From the NCBI GenBank assembly GCA_965278965.1, contig OZ257127.1, forward strand, positions 2,808,567 through 2,872,566: DNA of 64,000 nt, given 5' to 3'. The notes beneath the pieces were generated by a model, which saw nothing but the letters and a program-made list of their open reading frames with translations, did not search any database and had not been told where the DNA came from. This document shows, piece by piece, positions 42,308 to 51,536 of the stretch. Origin of the DNA: Actinomycetes bacterium. Its GTDB lineage: Bacteria > Actinomycetota > Actinomycetes > S36-B12. Both the position numbers and the translations under genes were made by a program. Position 1 is the stretch's first letter. The number at the start of each line of letters is the position of its first letter.

Positions 42308-44896
42308 GTGCGGACCTTCTGGCGCGTGCTCGGGATCCTCGGCCTCGTCGTGCTGCTGGTGCTCGTCGGCGTCGTGGGCTTCGCGATCCACACCGTGCGG
42401 GCCTCGTTCCCGCAGACCGACGGCCAGATCGACCTTCCCGGCCTGCGCGAACCGGTGACCGTCGTGCGGAACGCCCAGGGCGTCCCCGACATCTACGCGA
42501 CCTCGGTCGGGGACCTGTTCTACGCCGAGGGCTACGTGCACGCGCAGGACCGCTTCTGGGAGATGGACGTGCGCCGGCACATCACGGCCGGCCGGCTCTC
42601 GGAGATGTTCGGCGCGAGCCAGGTCGACACCGACACGTTCCTACGGACCCTGGGCTGGCGGCGGATCGCTGAACAGGAGGTCGGCATGCTCTCCGATCGT
42701 TCGCGGGCGATCCTCGACTCGTACGCGGCCGGGGTCAACGCCTATCTCGCCGACCACCAGGGCGACCGGCTGAGCCTGGAGTACGCGGTGCTCGGCCTGC
42801 AGAACCCCGACTACCGCCCCGAGCCCTGGTCCCCCGCCGACTCCGTTGCGTGGATCAAGGCGCTCGCCTGGGAGCTGCGCAGCAACCTCGACGACGAGGA
42901 GTACCGCTCGATCATGTCGGCGTCGGCGGGAGTCGACCGGACGGAGGAGCTCTTCCCGCCGTACCCGTACGCCACGCACCGCCCGATCGTCGAGGGCGGG
43001 GCCGTCGTGGATGGGGTGTTCGACCAGGACGCGACGGCGGACGCGGCGGTGAAGGGGGCGATGGCGTCGCCGGGCGCGCGGACAGTGCTCGCGTCGGCTC
43101 ACCGCTCCGCAGCCCTGCTCGAGGAGTGGCTCGGTCCCGTCGGGGACGGCATCGGCTCGAACTCCTGGGTTGTCGCCGGCGACAAGACGTCGACCGGCAA
43201 GCCGATCCTGGCGAACGACCCGCACCTCGCGCCGGCGATGCCCAGCCTGTGGTACCAGGTCGGCCTGCACTGCACGAGCCCGTCGACGTCCTGCGACTAC
43301 GACGTGTCGGGCTGGACGATGTCCGGGCTGCCGGGCGTGTTCATCGGGCACAACGCGGACATCGCCTGGGGTTTCACGAACCTCGGCCCGGACGTCACCG
43401 ACCTCGTGCTGCAGAAGGTCGACGGTGACACGTACCTCGTGGACGGGCAGGACGTCCCGATGACGACGCGGCGCGAAGTCATCAAGGTCGCGGGCGGGGA
43501 TCCCGTTACCGTCACCGTCCGTGAGACGGCCGACGGGCCGATCATCTCCGACGTCGCCGGCGTCGACACCTACCCGGCGATCGGGCAGGTCGCCCCCGTG
43601 CCAGCGCCCGGGTCCGCGGCCACGCGGGCCGCGCCGCCGGACCGCGGGGACGGCTACGCGGTGGCGCTGCGGTGGACGGCGCTGCAGCCGAACACGACGT
43701 TCGACGCGTTCGACCTGCTCGACACCGCGACGGACTTCGGGGAGTTCCGGGCGGCCGCGGCCCGGCTGAACGCTCCGGCGCAGAACCTCATCTACGCCGA
43801 CACGGCGGGGAACATCGGCTACCAGGCGCCCGGCCTCATCCCGATCCGCGAGGGCTACGACGGCAAGTGGCCCGTCCCGGGCTGGGACTCCCGGTACCGC
43901 TGGGCCGGCTACATCCCGTTCGAGGCGCTGCCGTTCGTCCTCAACCCGCCCGAGGGCTGGATCGTCACGGCGAACCAGGCCGTCACCGGCCCCGACTACC
44001 CGTACTTCATCACCGACGACTGGTCCTACGGAGCGCGCAGCCAGCGCATCGTCGACCTCATCGAGGCGGGGACGGCCGACGGCGCAACCTTGGACGTCGC
44101 CGAGATGCAGGCGATCCAGCGCGACTCGGTCAACGAGCTCGCGACGTTCCTCGCCCCCCGGCTCGCGGCCCTGCCCACGACGCCCGACACGCAGGCACCG
44201 GTGGACCTGCTGCGCGGCTGGGACGGCAGCCAGAGCGTCGACTCGGCGGCGGCCGCGTACTTCAACGCCGTGTGGCGCCAGCTGGTCGCGCGCATGTTCG
44301 ACGGCGAGTCCGGCACGGACCTCATCTCCGCGGACGGCGGCGACCGGTTCTGGGAGGTGATCTACCGGATCTGGGACGCCCCGGAGGACTTCTGGTGGGA
44401 CGACCGGACCGAGGACGGAAAGCAGACCCGGGACGAGACGCTGCAGGCGGCATTGGCGGCCGCCGCGGCCGAGTTGCGTTCGACGCTCGGCGACGACCCG
44501 TCGCAGTGGCGGTGGGGAGCGCTGCACACGCTGCTCCTGCGCAACGAGACGCTCGGTGACAGCGGAATCGCGCCGATCGAGGCGCTGTTCAACCGCGGGC
44601 CGATCGAGGTGGCCGGCGGGGACTCGACTGTGGATGCGACAGGCTGGACGCCGGTCGACGGCTACGGGGTGGACTGGGTACCGAGCATGCGGCAGGTCGT
44701 CGACCTCGCGGACCTCGACGCGTCGACGTGGGTCAACCTCACGGGCGCGAGCGGCCACGCCTTCGACCCGCACTACGACGACCAGGTCGAGGCCTGGCGC
44801 ACCGGCGCGCAGTACGCGTGGCCGTTCACGCCGGCGGCGGTGCAGGCGGCGGCGGCGCAGACGCTGACGCTCGCGCCGACCCCCGCCTCCGACTAG
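42308..44896 (+). CDS. penicillin acylase family (Ntn hydrolase, peptidase S45) protein
   Basis: 862 aa with an N-terminal TM/signal sequence, the GIGSNSWVV processing/nucleophile Ser motif and typical family length. Confidence 0.85.
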   Translation: MRTFWRVLGILGLVVLLVLVGVVGFAIHTVRASFPQTDGQIDLPGLREPVTVVRNAQGVPDIYATSVGDLFYAEGYVHAQDRFWEMDVRRHITAGRLSEMFGASQVDTDTFLRTLGWRRIAEQEVGMLSDRSRAILDSYAAGVNAYLADHQGDRLSLEYAVLGLQNPDYRPEPWSPADSVAWIKALAWELRSNLDDEEYRSIMSASAGVDRTEELFPPYPYATHRPIVEGGAVVDGVFDQDATADAAVKGAMASPGARTVLASAHRSAALLEEWLGPVGDGIGSNSWVVAGDKTSTGKPILANDPHLAPAMPSLWYQVGLHCTSPSTSCDYDVSGWTMSGLPGVFIGHNADIAWGFTNLGPDVTDLVLQKVDGDTYLVDGQDVPMTTRREVIKVAGGDPVTVTVRETADGPIISDVAGVDTYPAIGQVAPVPAPGSAATRAAPPDRGDGYAVALRWTALQPNTTFDAFDLLDTATDFGEFRAAAARLNAPAQNLIYADTAGNIGYQAPGLIPIREGYDGKWPVPGWDSRYRWAGYIPFEALPFVLNPPEGWIVTANQAVTGPDYPYFITDDWSYGARSQRIVDLIEAGTADGATLDVAEMQAIQRDSVNELATFLAPRLAALPTTPDTQAPVDLLRGWDGSQSVDSAAAAYFNAVWRQLVARMFDGESGTDLISADGGDRFWEVIYRIWDAPEDFWWDDRTEDGKQTRDETLQAALAAAAAELRSTLGDDPSQWRWGALHTLLLRNETLGDSGIAPIEALFNRGPIEVAGGDSTVDATGWTPVDGYGVDWVPSMRQVVDLADLDASTWVNLTGASGHAFDPHYDDQVEAWRTGAQYAWPFTPAAVQAAAAQTLTLAPTPASD

Positions 44897-44899
44897 CTC

Positions 44900-44955
44900 G
44901 ATTCCATACGCCAGCGTCACAAGGCGGCCCGGGAACGACGCTGAGGTATGGAATC
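44900..44955 (+). repeat. Hairpin repeat copy 2: same 19-nt left arm, right arm with 2 mismatches, 18-nt loop
   Basis: The left arm 44900-44918 is identical to 42214-42232. The right arm 44937-44955 is gacgctgAGgtatggaatc. It starts 4 nt after the acylase TAG. Confidence 0.85.
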
Positions 44956-44960
44956 GCCTG

Positions 44961-45554
44961 CTAGCCGAGGGGGACGACGCCCGACGGGGTCAACGCGACG
45001 TCGACGGTGAGGTCGTGCTCCTCGTTCGGGACCTCGTCGACGATCTCGTCGTCGAACACGCAAGCCACCCGCAACGGCCCGCCGTCCGCGTGGGGCGGGA
45101 CGTCGGCGAGCGCGCGGTCGTAGAACCCGCCGCCCTGCCCGAGTCGGCGGCCGGCGCGGTCGACCGACAGCGCCGGCAGGAACACGACCGCGACCTGCGC
45201 GAGCGCGCCAATCACGGCGGGCCCGGTCGGCTCGGCGATGCCGAACGCGCCCGGGGTCGTCGGCACATCCGGCCGCCACTCCACCCACTCGAGCACGCCG
45301 CCTGCGACCCTCGGGACGATCACGGCAGCGCCAGCGGCGTCGAGCGCAGCGAGCAGCGGGTCCGTGCCCGGCTCGGTCGGCAGCGACAGGTGTGCGGCGA
45401 CGGTCACCGGCCCGGCGACGAGGTCGCGGCCATGCCGCGCCAGCGCCTGCGCGGCGGCTTGCCGTTCTGGCAGGTCGCGGGCGGCGCGTGCGTCGCGGAC
45501 GTCCGCCCGCATGCGCGCCTTGGCCTCGCCTACGTCGACGGTCACCTGGGCCAT
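44961..45554 (-). CDS. 5-formyltetrahydrofolate cyclo-ligase
   Basis: 197 aa with the family pattern (..VAAHLSLPTEPGTDPL.., GQGGGFYDR). Conserved position next to galU. Confidence 0.75.
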   Translation of the reverse strand: MAQVTVDVGEAKARMRADVRDARAARDLPERQAAAQALARHGRDLVAGPVTVAAHLSLPTEPGTDPLLAALDAAGAAVIVPRVAGGVLEWVEWRPDVPTTPGAFGIAEPTGPAVIGALAQVAVVFLPALSVDRAGRRLGQGGGFYDRALADVPPHADGGPLRVACVFDDEIVDEVPNEEHDLTVDVALTPSGVVPLG

Positions 45555-45580
45555 GCTGCCCGATCCCCTAGGGTCTGGCC

Positions 45581-46477
45581 ATGGATGGCCGACCCGTGCG
45601 CAAGGCCGTGATCCCCGCCGCGGGGCTCGGCACTCGCTTCCTGCCCGCCACGAAGGCGACGCCGAAGGAGATGCTGCCCGTCGTCGACAAGCCGGCGATC
45701 CAGTACGTCGTCGAGGAGGCCGTCGCCGCCGGCCTCGAGGACGTCCTGTTCATCACCGGCCGTAGCAAGCGCCCGCTCGAGGACCACTTCGACCGCAACC
45801 TCGAGGTCGAGCAGGCCCTCCAGGACAAGGGCGACACCGCGCGGCTGGACGCCGTGACCGAGTCGACCGACCTTGCTCGCATCCACTACGTCCGTCAGGG
45901 CGACCCCCTCGGCCTGGGGCACGCGGTGCTCGTGGCGGAGAACCACGTGGGCGACGAGCCGTTCGCCGTGCTCCTCGGCGACGACCTCATCGACCCGCGC
46001 AACCCCGTCCTGGCGTCGATGGCGGAGGTGCGCGAGCGGTTCGGCGGCTCGGTGCTGTGCCTCATGCGCGTGCCGCGCACGTCGATCTCGTTGTACGGCT
46101 GCCCGGCCGTCGAGCCGACCGACGACCCGGGCGTCGTCACGGTCACGGACCTGGTCGAGAAGCCCGACATGGACGCCGCCCCGAGCGACTTCGCCGTGAT
46201 CGGCCGCTATCTACTCGACCCCGCCGTGTTCGACGTGCTGCGCGCGACGCCGCCGGGCCGCGGCGGCGAGATTCAGCTGACGGACGCGCTCCGCGTGCTC
46301 GCGACGATGCCGGTGGCCGACGGCGGCGGCGTGCACGGCCTCGTCTTCGACGGACTGCGGTACGACACGGGAGACCGCCTGTCCTACCTGCAGGCCAGCA
46401 TCATGCTCGCCTGCGAGCGCGAGGACCTCGGTCCGCCGCTGCGCGCGTGGCTGGCGGACTTCGTCAACGGAACGTGA
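45581..46477 (+). CDS. galU: UTP--glucose-1-phosphate uridylyltransferase
   Basis: VIPAAGLGTRFLPATKATPKEMLPVVDKP is the canonical GalU N-terminus. Confidence 0.9.
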   Translation: MDGRPVRKAVIPAAGLGTRFLPATKATPKEMLPVVDKPAIQYVVEEAVAAGLEDVLFITGRSKRPLEDHFDRNLEVEQALQDKGDTARLDAVTESTDLARIHYVRQGDPLGLGHAVLVAENHVGDEPFAVLLGDDLIDPRNPVLASMAEVRERFGGSVLCLMRVPRTSISLYGCPAVEPTDDPGVVTVTDLVEKPDMDAAPSDFAVIGRYLLDPAVFDVLRATPPGRGGEIQLTDALRVLATMPVADGGGVHGLVFDGLRYDTGDRLSYLQASIMLACEREDLGPPLRAWLADFVNGT

Positions 46478-47085
46478 TCGCTCGGGCCTGGCCGGCCACC
46501 CTCACCCACGGCGACGTCACGCTGCGACCGCTGCGCCAGCTCGACGGGCGTGCCTGGCGCGAGGTCCGCACGCGCAACGCCGACTGGCTGCGTCCGTGGG
46601 AGGCGTCGCTGCCGCCCGAGGCCGAGGGCCTGGAGGAGGTGCCGTCGTTCTCGATGATGGTCCGGCGGCTGCGACGTGAGGCCCGTCAGGGCCGGACGTT
46701 GCCCTTCGCCGTCACCTACCAGGGGCGGCTCGTCGGCCAGCTCACCGTCGGCGGCATCACCTGGGGCTCGCTGCGCGCCGCGTACGTCGGCTACTGGATC
46801 GACCGGGAGGTCGCCGGCCGCGGGATCATGCCCACGTCAGTCGCCCTGGCACTGGATCACTGCGTCGATGTCATGAACCTGCATCGGGTCGAGGTGAACA
46901 TCCGGCCGGAGAACGCCGCTTCTTTGCGCGTCGTCGAGAAGCTCGGGCTCCAGCTCGAAGGCGGCCGCCGGGAGTACCTTCACATCGACGGGGCGTGGCG
47001 CGACCACCTCGTGTTCGTCCTGCATCGTGGCGACTTCCCGGACGGCGTCCTCACCACGTATCTGCGGACGCGCACGCCTTCCTAG
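46474..47085 (+). CDS. GNAT family N-acetyltransferase (RimJ/RimL-like)
   Basis: GTG 46474 overlaps the galU TGA (GTGA). Acetyl-CoA-binding region YWIDREVAGRGIMPTSV and RVEVNIRPENAASLRVVEKLG. Confidence 0.8.
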   Translation: MIARAWPATLTHGDVTLRPLRQLDGRAWREVRTRNADWLRPWEASLPPEAEGLEEVPSFSMMVRRLRREARQGRTLPFAVTYQGRLVGQLTVGGITWGSLRAAYVGYWIDREVAGRGIMPTSVALALDHCVDVMNLHRVEVNIRPENAASLRVVEKLGLQLEGGRREYLHIDGAWRDHLVFVLHRGDFPDGVLTTYLRTRTPS

Positions 47086-47145
47086 CGCGACACGCCGATC
47101 GCACGGTGCTCGCCTGCCCGATCTCAGGCGGCGTGCCCCCTAACG

Positions 47146-48021
47146 TTGCATTTCGTGACGGGCCTGATCTACCTGGTGATCATCGCCTTGTGGGCCGCCG
47201 TCCTCATCCCCATCTGGCTGCGCCGGCACGACCAGATCAGCGAGGTCCGGTCGACCGCCCGTTTCAGCTCCGCGATGCGCTCCCTGGGCACGCCCGGGCA
47301 GCTGCAGTACGCCGCAGACACGTACGTCCTCGACAGCCGCGACGTGGACCTGACCCTCCAGGCCTCCGCCGCCCCGCGATCGGAGGCTCGCATGACGCGA
47401 CCGACGGCTGACCGGACCACCCGCCCCGCCGAAGGCCTGGACCCCGACTACGAACGCGAGCTCATCCGGCAGGCCGCCGCGACGCGTCGTGCCGTGGTGC
47501 TCGGTGCCCTCACGGCGATCCTGCTCGTCACGCTCCTTCTTGCCATCGTGTCCGTCCTGCCGAAGTGGGCGCCCGCGCTGGCGGCCGTGCCGGTCGTCGG
47601 CTTCGTCGTCGCTGCCGCGATGACGTCCTCGTCCCGGTCGTCGGCCCCGGCACGTCCGGCCACGCGCCGCGAGCGTCGTCCGGCCGCAATGCCCGAGCCC
47701 GCCCGTCGGGGTGCCGCCGCGCAGACGGACGAGGAGTGGGAGAGCTGGAACGCCTGGGACGACGACTCGTGGGAGGCGCAGCCGACGACGCTGCCGACCT
47801 ACGTCAGTGCCCCGCGCGCGTCGGCCGTCCCCCGCGGGATCGACCGCGAGAGCCCGGGGGAGTGGACCGGCGAGGCGATGGTGCAGGCGGCGCAGGCGAT
47901 GCGCTCGCGGCCGCGATCTGCGCCGCTGGTCAATGCCAGTGCGCTCGACTATGGCGCGCAGACCGCGGAGATCCCGGCCGTCACCGACGACTACCCCGCC
48001 CGCCGCGCCGCCGGGGAGTAG
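47146..48021 (+). CDS. SepX/GlpR-like divisome membrane protein
   Basis: The N-terminal TM helix plus GLIYLVIIALWAAVLIPIWLRRHDQISEVRSTARFSSAMRSL matches my recollection of SepX/GlpR. Position after the GNAT gene is as for Rv0996. The rest is disordered. Confidence 0.55.
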   Translation: MHFVTGLIYLVIIALWAAVLIPIWLRRHDQISEVRSTARFSSAMRSLGTPGQLQYAADTYVLDSRDVDLTLQASAAPRSEARMTRPTADRTTRPAEGLDPDYERELIRQAAATRRAVVLGALTAILLVTLLLAIVSVLPKWAPALAAVPVVGFVVAAAMTSSSRSSAPARPATRRERRPAAMPEPARRGAAAQTDEEWESWNAWDDDSWEAQPTTLPTYVSAPRASAVPRGIDRESPGEWTGEAMVQAAQAMRSRPRSAPLVNASALDYGAQTAEIPAVTDDYPARRAAGE

Positions 48022-48074
48022 GGCCGGTCCGACGACGGTCGGCCGCTTGCTACCCTTTACCCCCGCACGACAAA

Positions 48075-48147
48075 GGGGCTGTAGCGCAGCTGGTAGCGCA
48101 CCTCGTTCGCAACGAGGGGGTCAGGGGTTCGAATCCCCTCAGCTCCA
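48075..48147 (+). tRNA. tRNA-Ala (anticodon CGC)
   Basis: Manually folded 73-nt cloverleaf: GGGGCTG acceptor with the G3:U70 Ala identity pair, anticodon loop TTCGCAA, T-arm AGGGG-TTCGAAT-CCCCT. Confidence 0.9.
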
Positions 48148-48151
48148 CTTC

Positions 48152-48197
48152 CGTGAAGTCCCGGGACTCCCCTGATGGGGTGTCCCGGGACTTCACG
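48152..48197. terminator. Near-perfect 46-nt hairpin (15-bp outer stem, inner CCCC/GGGG stem, TGAT loop) followed by TTT
   Basis: cgtgaagtcccggga...tcccgggacttcacg, read directly. Sits between tRNA-Ala and the convergent SDR gene. Confidence 0.8.
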
Positions 48198-48212
48198 TTT
48201 CGCCCCCACTGC

Positions 48213-48998
48213 TCACAGCGTGGTGACGAGTCCGCCGTCGATCCGCAGGTCGCTCCCGGTGATGTTGGCCGCGCGATCGCTCGCCAGGTACAGCACGAGG
48301 CTCGCGATCTCGTCCACGTCGGTGAACCTCCCGGTCGCGGCCTGGGCCGCCTGCTGGCGGACGACCTCCGAGGCGTCCACACCGGTCGCCCGACCGACGG
48401 CAGCGGCGACGCCGGTGTCGGCGAGCCAGAGGTCGGTCCGCACCGGTCCAGGGCTGATCGTGTTCACCCGGATGTGTGGGCCGAGCTCCTTCGACAGGGA
48501 CTTGCACAGGTTGACGAGGGCGCCCTTGGCCGCGCTGTAGTCGATGACGCCAGGGTCCGGCAGCGCGGCGTTGACCGAGCCGACCGTCACGATGTTCGCC
48601 CCGGGCCTGCCGGTCATCGCCGGGATGGCCGCTCGCATCGTCCGCACGGCGGCGAGGAAGTTGATCGTCAAGGACCAGTCCCATTCGTCGTCCGTGACGG
48701 CCAGGAACCCGTCGACACGGGGGCGGACCGCCCCGACGTTGTTGACGAGGATGTCGATTCCGCCCAGCCGGCCCACCGCGCTGTCGATCAGCTCTCGTGG
48801 CCCCGTCGGGGTCGAGAGGTCGACGGCGACGGCGTGCACGCGCCCGCCGCGGGTCAGCTGGTCGAGCTCGTCGCTGCCCCGAAGCGCCCCGGCGACGACC
48901 GTCGCGCCCTCGGCCGCGAGCGCGGTCGTGATGGCCAGCCCGATTCCCTTGCTTGCGCCGGTGACGACCGCGGTGCGGCCCGCGAGGTGAAGGTCCAC
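48213..48998 (-). CDS. short-chain dehydrogenase/reductase (SDR)
   Basis: VTGASKGIGLA and YSAAKGA motifs. Confidence 0.85.
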   Translation of the reverse strand: MDLHLAGRTAVVTGASKGIGLAITTALAAEGATVVAGALRGSDELDQLTRGGRVHAVAVDLSTPTGPRELIDSAVGRLGGIDILVNNVGAVRPRVDGFLAVTDDEWDWSLTINFLAAVRTMRAAIPAMTGRPGANIVTVGSVNAALPDPGVIDYSAAKGALVNLCKSLSKELGPHIRVNTISPGPVRTDLWLADTGVAAAVGRATGVDASEVVRQQAAQAATGRFTDVDEIASLVLYLASDRAANITGSDLRIDGGLVTTL

Positions 48999-48999
48999 G

Positions 49000-49803
49000 T
49001 CACAGTCCCTGCCGGCCCAGCCACGACAGGCAGGCGTCAGCGACGTCCCGCCAGCCGTGGTCGATGGTCAAGGAGTGACCACGGTCGGGGAACTCCATGA
49101 TGTCGGTGACGGCATCGCTGTGCCGGTACTGCTTCAGCGTCGCCCGTGTCACGGCCTCGGGCACGGTGTTGTCCTTGCCGCCGGTGATCAGAAGGAGCGG
49201 GCCTCGTCCGGAGTTGGCGGTGTCGACCTTGGCGGCGGAGTGCGGGTTGAAGCTGGCTGCCGCGGCCTCGAAGAGCGGCTTGCCGGGTGCCGGGATCGTC
49301 CATCGGGAGAAGAGGGCGTCCGACTCCTCCTCCGGGATGGCGTTACCGAAGGCGAACCGGAACTGCTCGGCCGTCAGGGAGACCGCGCGATGCCGGTTCG
49401 CCGGGTTCTTGAAGACGGGCAAGGTCGCCCGCAGTGCCGACAGCGGCAGAGGCAGGACGCCCTTGATCTGCGCGGCGTCGATGGCGACCGCCGCGGCAGC
49501 CAGGTCCTCGCCTAGGAGCCGCTGGGCGATCATGCCCCCGAACGAGTGCCCGACCAGGATCGGTTTGGCGGGCAGGCCGGCGATGACGTCTGCGTAGTGC
49601 GCGACGACGTCGTCGATGCCGTGGTCGGCGATCAGGTCCGGGTGTTCGCGCGCTTCCTCGACCGTGTCGGGATCCCCGGGCCACCCGGGAGCGGAGGCGT
49701 CGTATCCGGCCGCCGTGAACGCATCGATCCAGTCCTCCCAGGACCGAGCGTGCAGCCAGAGGCCGTGGATGAGGAGAACGGGGGTGCTCGCGGTCATGTA
49801 CAT
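49000..49803 (-). CDS. alpha/beta hydrolase
   Basis: GHSFGG nucleophile elbow, 267 aa. Its stop lies 1 nt from the SDR start. Confidence 0.8.
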   Translation of the reverse strand: MYMTASTPVLLIHGLWLHARSWEDWIDAFTAAGYDASAPGWPGDPDTVEEAREHPDLIADHGIDDVVAHYADVIAGLPAKPILVGHSFGGMIAQRLLGEDLAAAAVAIDAAQIKGVLPLPLSALRATLPVFKNPANRHRAVSLTAEQFRFAFGNAIPEEESDALFSRWTIPAPGKPLFEAAAASFNPHSAAKVDTANSGRGPLLLITGGKDNTVPEAVTRATLKQYRHSDAVTDIMEFPDRGHSLTIDHGWRDVADACLSWLGRQGL

Positions 49804-49818
49804 GTCCTCTCAGATGAA

Positions 49819-49836
49819 GTAGACCGATCGATCTAC
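49819..49836. promoter_or_regulatory. Near-palindrome GTAGAC-CGATCG-aTCTAC in the hydrolase/TetR divergent intergenic region
   Basis: 16 of 18 positions are palindromic, read directly. Lies 16 nt from the hydrolase ATG. Confidence 0.45.
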
Positions 49837-49933
49837 CTACGTCGGTCGTAACATAGACGCGCCGCCCCGTGCTGACAAGCAGGTGCGGTCACGGACCGGC
49901 GGTTCGTGGTGGGCAGCCGGAGTCGAGGAGCAG

Positions 49934-50605
49934 ATGACGACGAGCACGGGTACTTCGCCCGACGTCGCGCCCACCGGAGAGGCTCCCGGTGCTGGTGCGG
50001 CCCGCCCCTCCAAGGCGCGTGAGCGGATCCTCGCGACGGCGGACCGGCTCTTCTACGACGAGGGCATCCATGCCGTTGGGATCCAGCGGGTCATTGCGGA
50101 GGCATCGGTGACTCGCGTGACGCTCTACCGACACTTCCCCTCGAAGGACGACCTGATCTCCGCCTACCTCGAGCGCCGGGCTCAGCACGACCGCACGCAG
50201 ATCACCGGGATCATCGAGTCCCACCGTGGCGAACCCCGGCGCGCGCTCACCGAGCTGGCTACCGCACTCACCCGCGACGACTTCGGTGCGGTGAAGCGCG
50301 GGTGCCCGTTCATCAACGCCTCGGCCGAGTTCGTCGGCAACCACCCCGCGCTTCGTCAGGCCCACGAGATCCGACGCTGGGTGACCGACCGCCTCGAGGA
50401 GCTCCTGGCGGTGGTGGGCCACCGCGATCCGCACGGGACAGCGGCGCAGCTGATGATGGTCCGCACGGGTGCCGTCGTGTCCGGAGCGCTCGACTCCGAC
50501 GATCGGCTGAACGAGCACTTCCTGACCTGCTGGGAGAAGCTGATCGACGACGGGATCCCGGTCGCCCGGGCCGGGAGCCGGTCGAGCGCGCCGCTCGCGC
50601 GGTGA
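49934..50605 (+). CDS. TetR/AcrR family transcriptional regulator
   Basis: HTH (RERILATADRLFYDEGIHAVGIQRVIAEASVTRVTLYRHF). ATG 49934 has a GAGGAG upstream and is in frame with ORF 49883-50605. Confidence 0.85.
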   Translation: MTTSTGTSPDVAPTGEAPGAGAARPSKARERILATADRLFYDEGIHAVGIQRVIAEASVTRVTLYRHFPSKDDLISAYLERRAQHDRTQITGIIESHRGEPRRALTELATALTRDDFGAVKRGCPFINASAEFVGNHPALRQAHEIRRWVTDRLEELLAVVGHRDPHGTAAQLMMVRTGAVVSGALDSDDRLNEHFLTCWEKLIDDGIPVARAGSRSSAPLAR

Positions 50606-50624
50606 CGTCGGGACGACGGGCGCC

Positions 50625-51485
50625 CTACGGACCGACGGGGACGTCGCCGACCCACGTGACGCGTTGCATGACGCGGCGGAAGTCGCCGTAGTCGAGGTTC
50701 GCGTAGTGCGCGGTCGCGCGGTTGTCCCACACCACGACGTCGCCGGCCGACCATCGATGGCGGACGACGTGCTCGGGCTTGCTCAGATGCGCGAACAGCG
50801 CGTCGAGCAGGCCGCGGCTCTCGAAGGACGACAGGCCGACGATCGACGTCGTGAACTCGGGGTTCACGAACAACGCCTTGCGGGCGGTCTCGGGGTGCAC
50901 GCGCACGACGGGATGCTCGACCGGCGCGAACCCGCCGAACACGTCGCCGTCCCACGCGTTGCCCCGCCCGCGCTCCGCCAGCGTCGCGGCGAAGGTCCGC
51001 GACCCGTCGTGCAGAGCCGTGAGGCCGTCGACGAGGTCGCGGATCGGCGCGGACAGCGACGCGTAGGCGGCCTCGAGATCGGCCCAGTTCGTGTCACCCC
51101 CGACCTCGGGCACCGTCACGGCGCGCAGCACGCTGCCTAGCGGGGGTCGCTGCACGAAGGTCACGTCGGTGTGCCAGACGTCGTTGCGGATCTCGCCGTA
51201 GCTGTCGATCTGCCAGATCTGCGGGTGGTCGGCATCGACCGGTGCCATCACGGGGTGCGAGGCCGTCAGCTCCGCGAACTGGGAGGCGAACGCGACCTGG
51301 CCGTCGGAGTCGAGTGCCTGCGCGGGGAACACGAGCACCTTGTGGTCCAGGAGCAGCTGCCACAGGTGGGCCCGGCCGGTCTCGTCCAGGGGCGTGCGTA
51401 GGTCGACTCCGTCGATGCGCGCACCGAACGTCGTCGACAGGCGGTGCACGCCACGGTGCTGCTCGGTCGTTGTGGTCATCGTCAC
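50625..51485 (-). CDS. TauD/TfdA family Fe(II)/2-oxoglutarate dioxygenase (taurine/sulfonate dioxygenase-like)
   Basis: WHTDVTFV (HxD) and WDNRATAHYA motifs. GTG start. Confidence 0.8.
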   Translation of the reverse strand: MTMTTTTEQHRGVHRLSTTFGARIDGVDLRTPLDETGRAHLWQLLLDHKVLVFPAQALDSDGQVAFASQFAELTASHPVMAPVDADHPQIWQIDSYGEIRNDVWHTDVTFVQRPPLGSVLRAVTVPEVGGDTNWADLEAAYASLSAPIRDLVDGLTALHDGSRTFAATLAERGRGNAWDGDVFGGFAPVEHPVVRVHPETARKALFVNPEFTTSIVGLSSFESRGLLDALFAHLSKPEHVVRHRWSAGDVVVWDNRATAHYANLDYGDFRRVMQRVTWVGDVPVGP

Positions 51486-51512
51486 GGTCCCTTCGTTGGA
51501 CGTACGGTCGTG

Positions 51513-51536
51513 AACCTATATGCTACGAAACCTATA
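51513..51536. promoter_or_regulatory. Direct repeat AACCTATA x2 (16-nt register) in the AT-rich tauD/tauC divergent intergenic region
   Basis: Copies at 51513-51520 and 51529-51536, read directly. The 83-bp intergenic region is markedly AT-rich. Confidence 0.3.
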
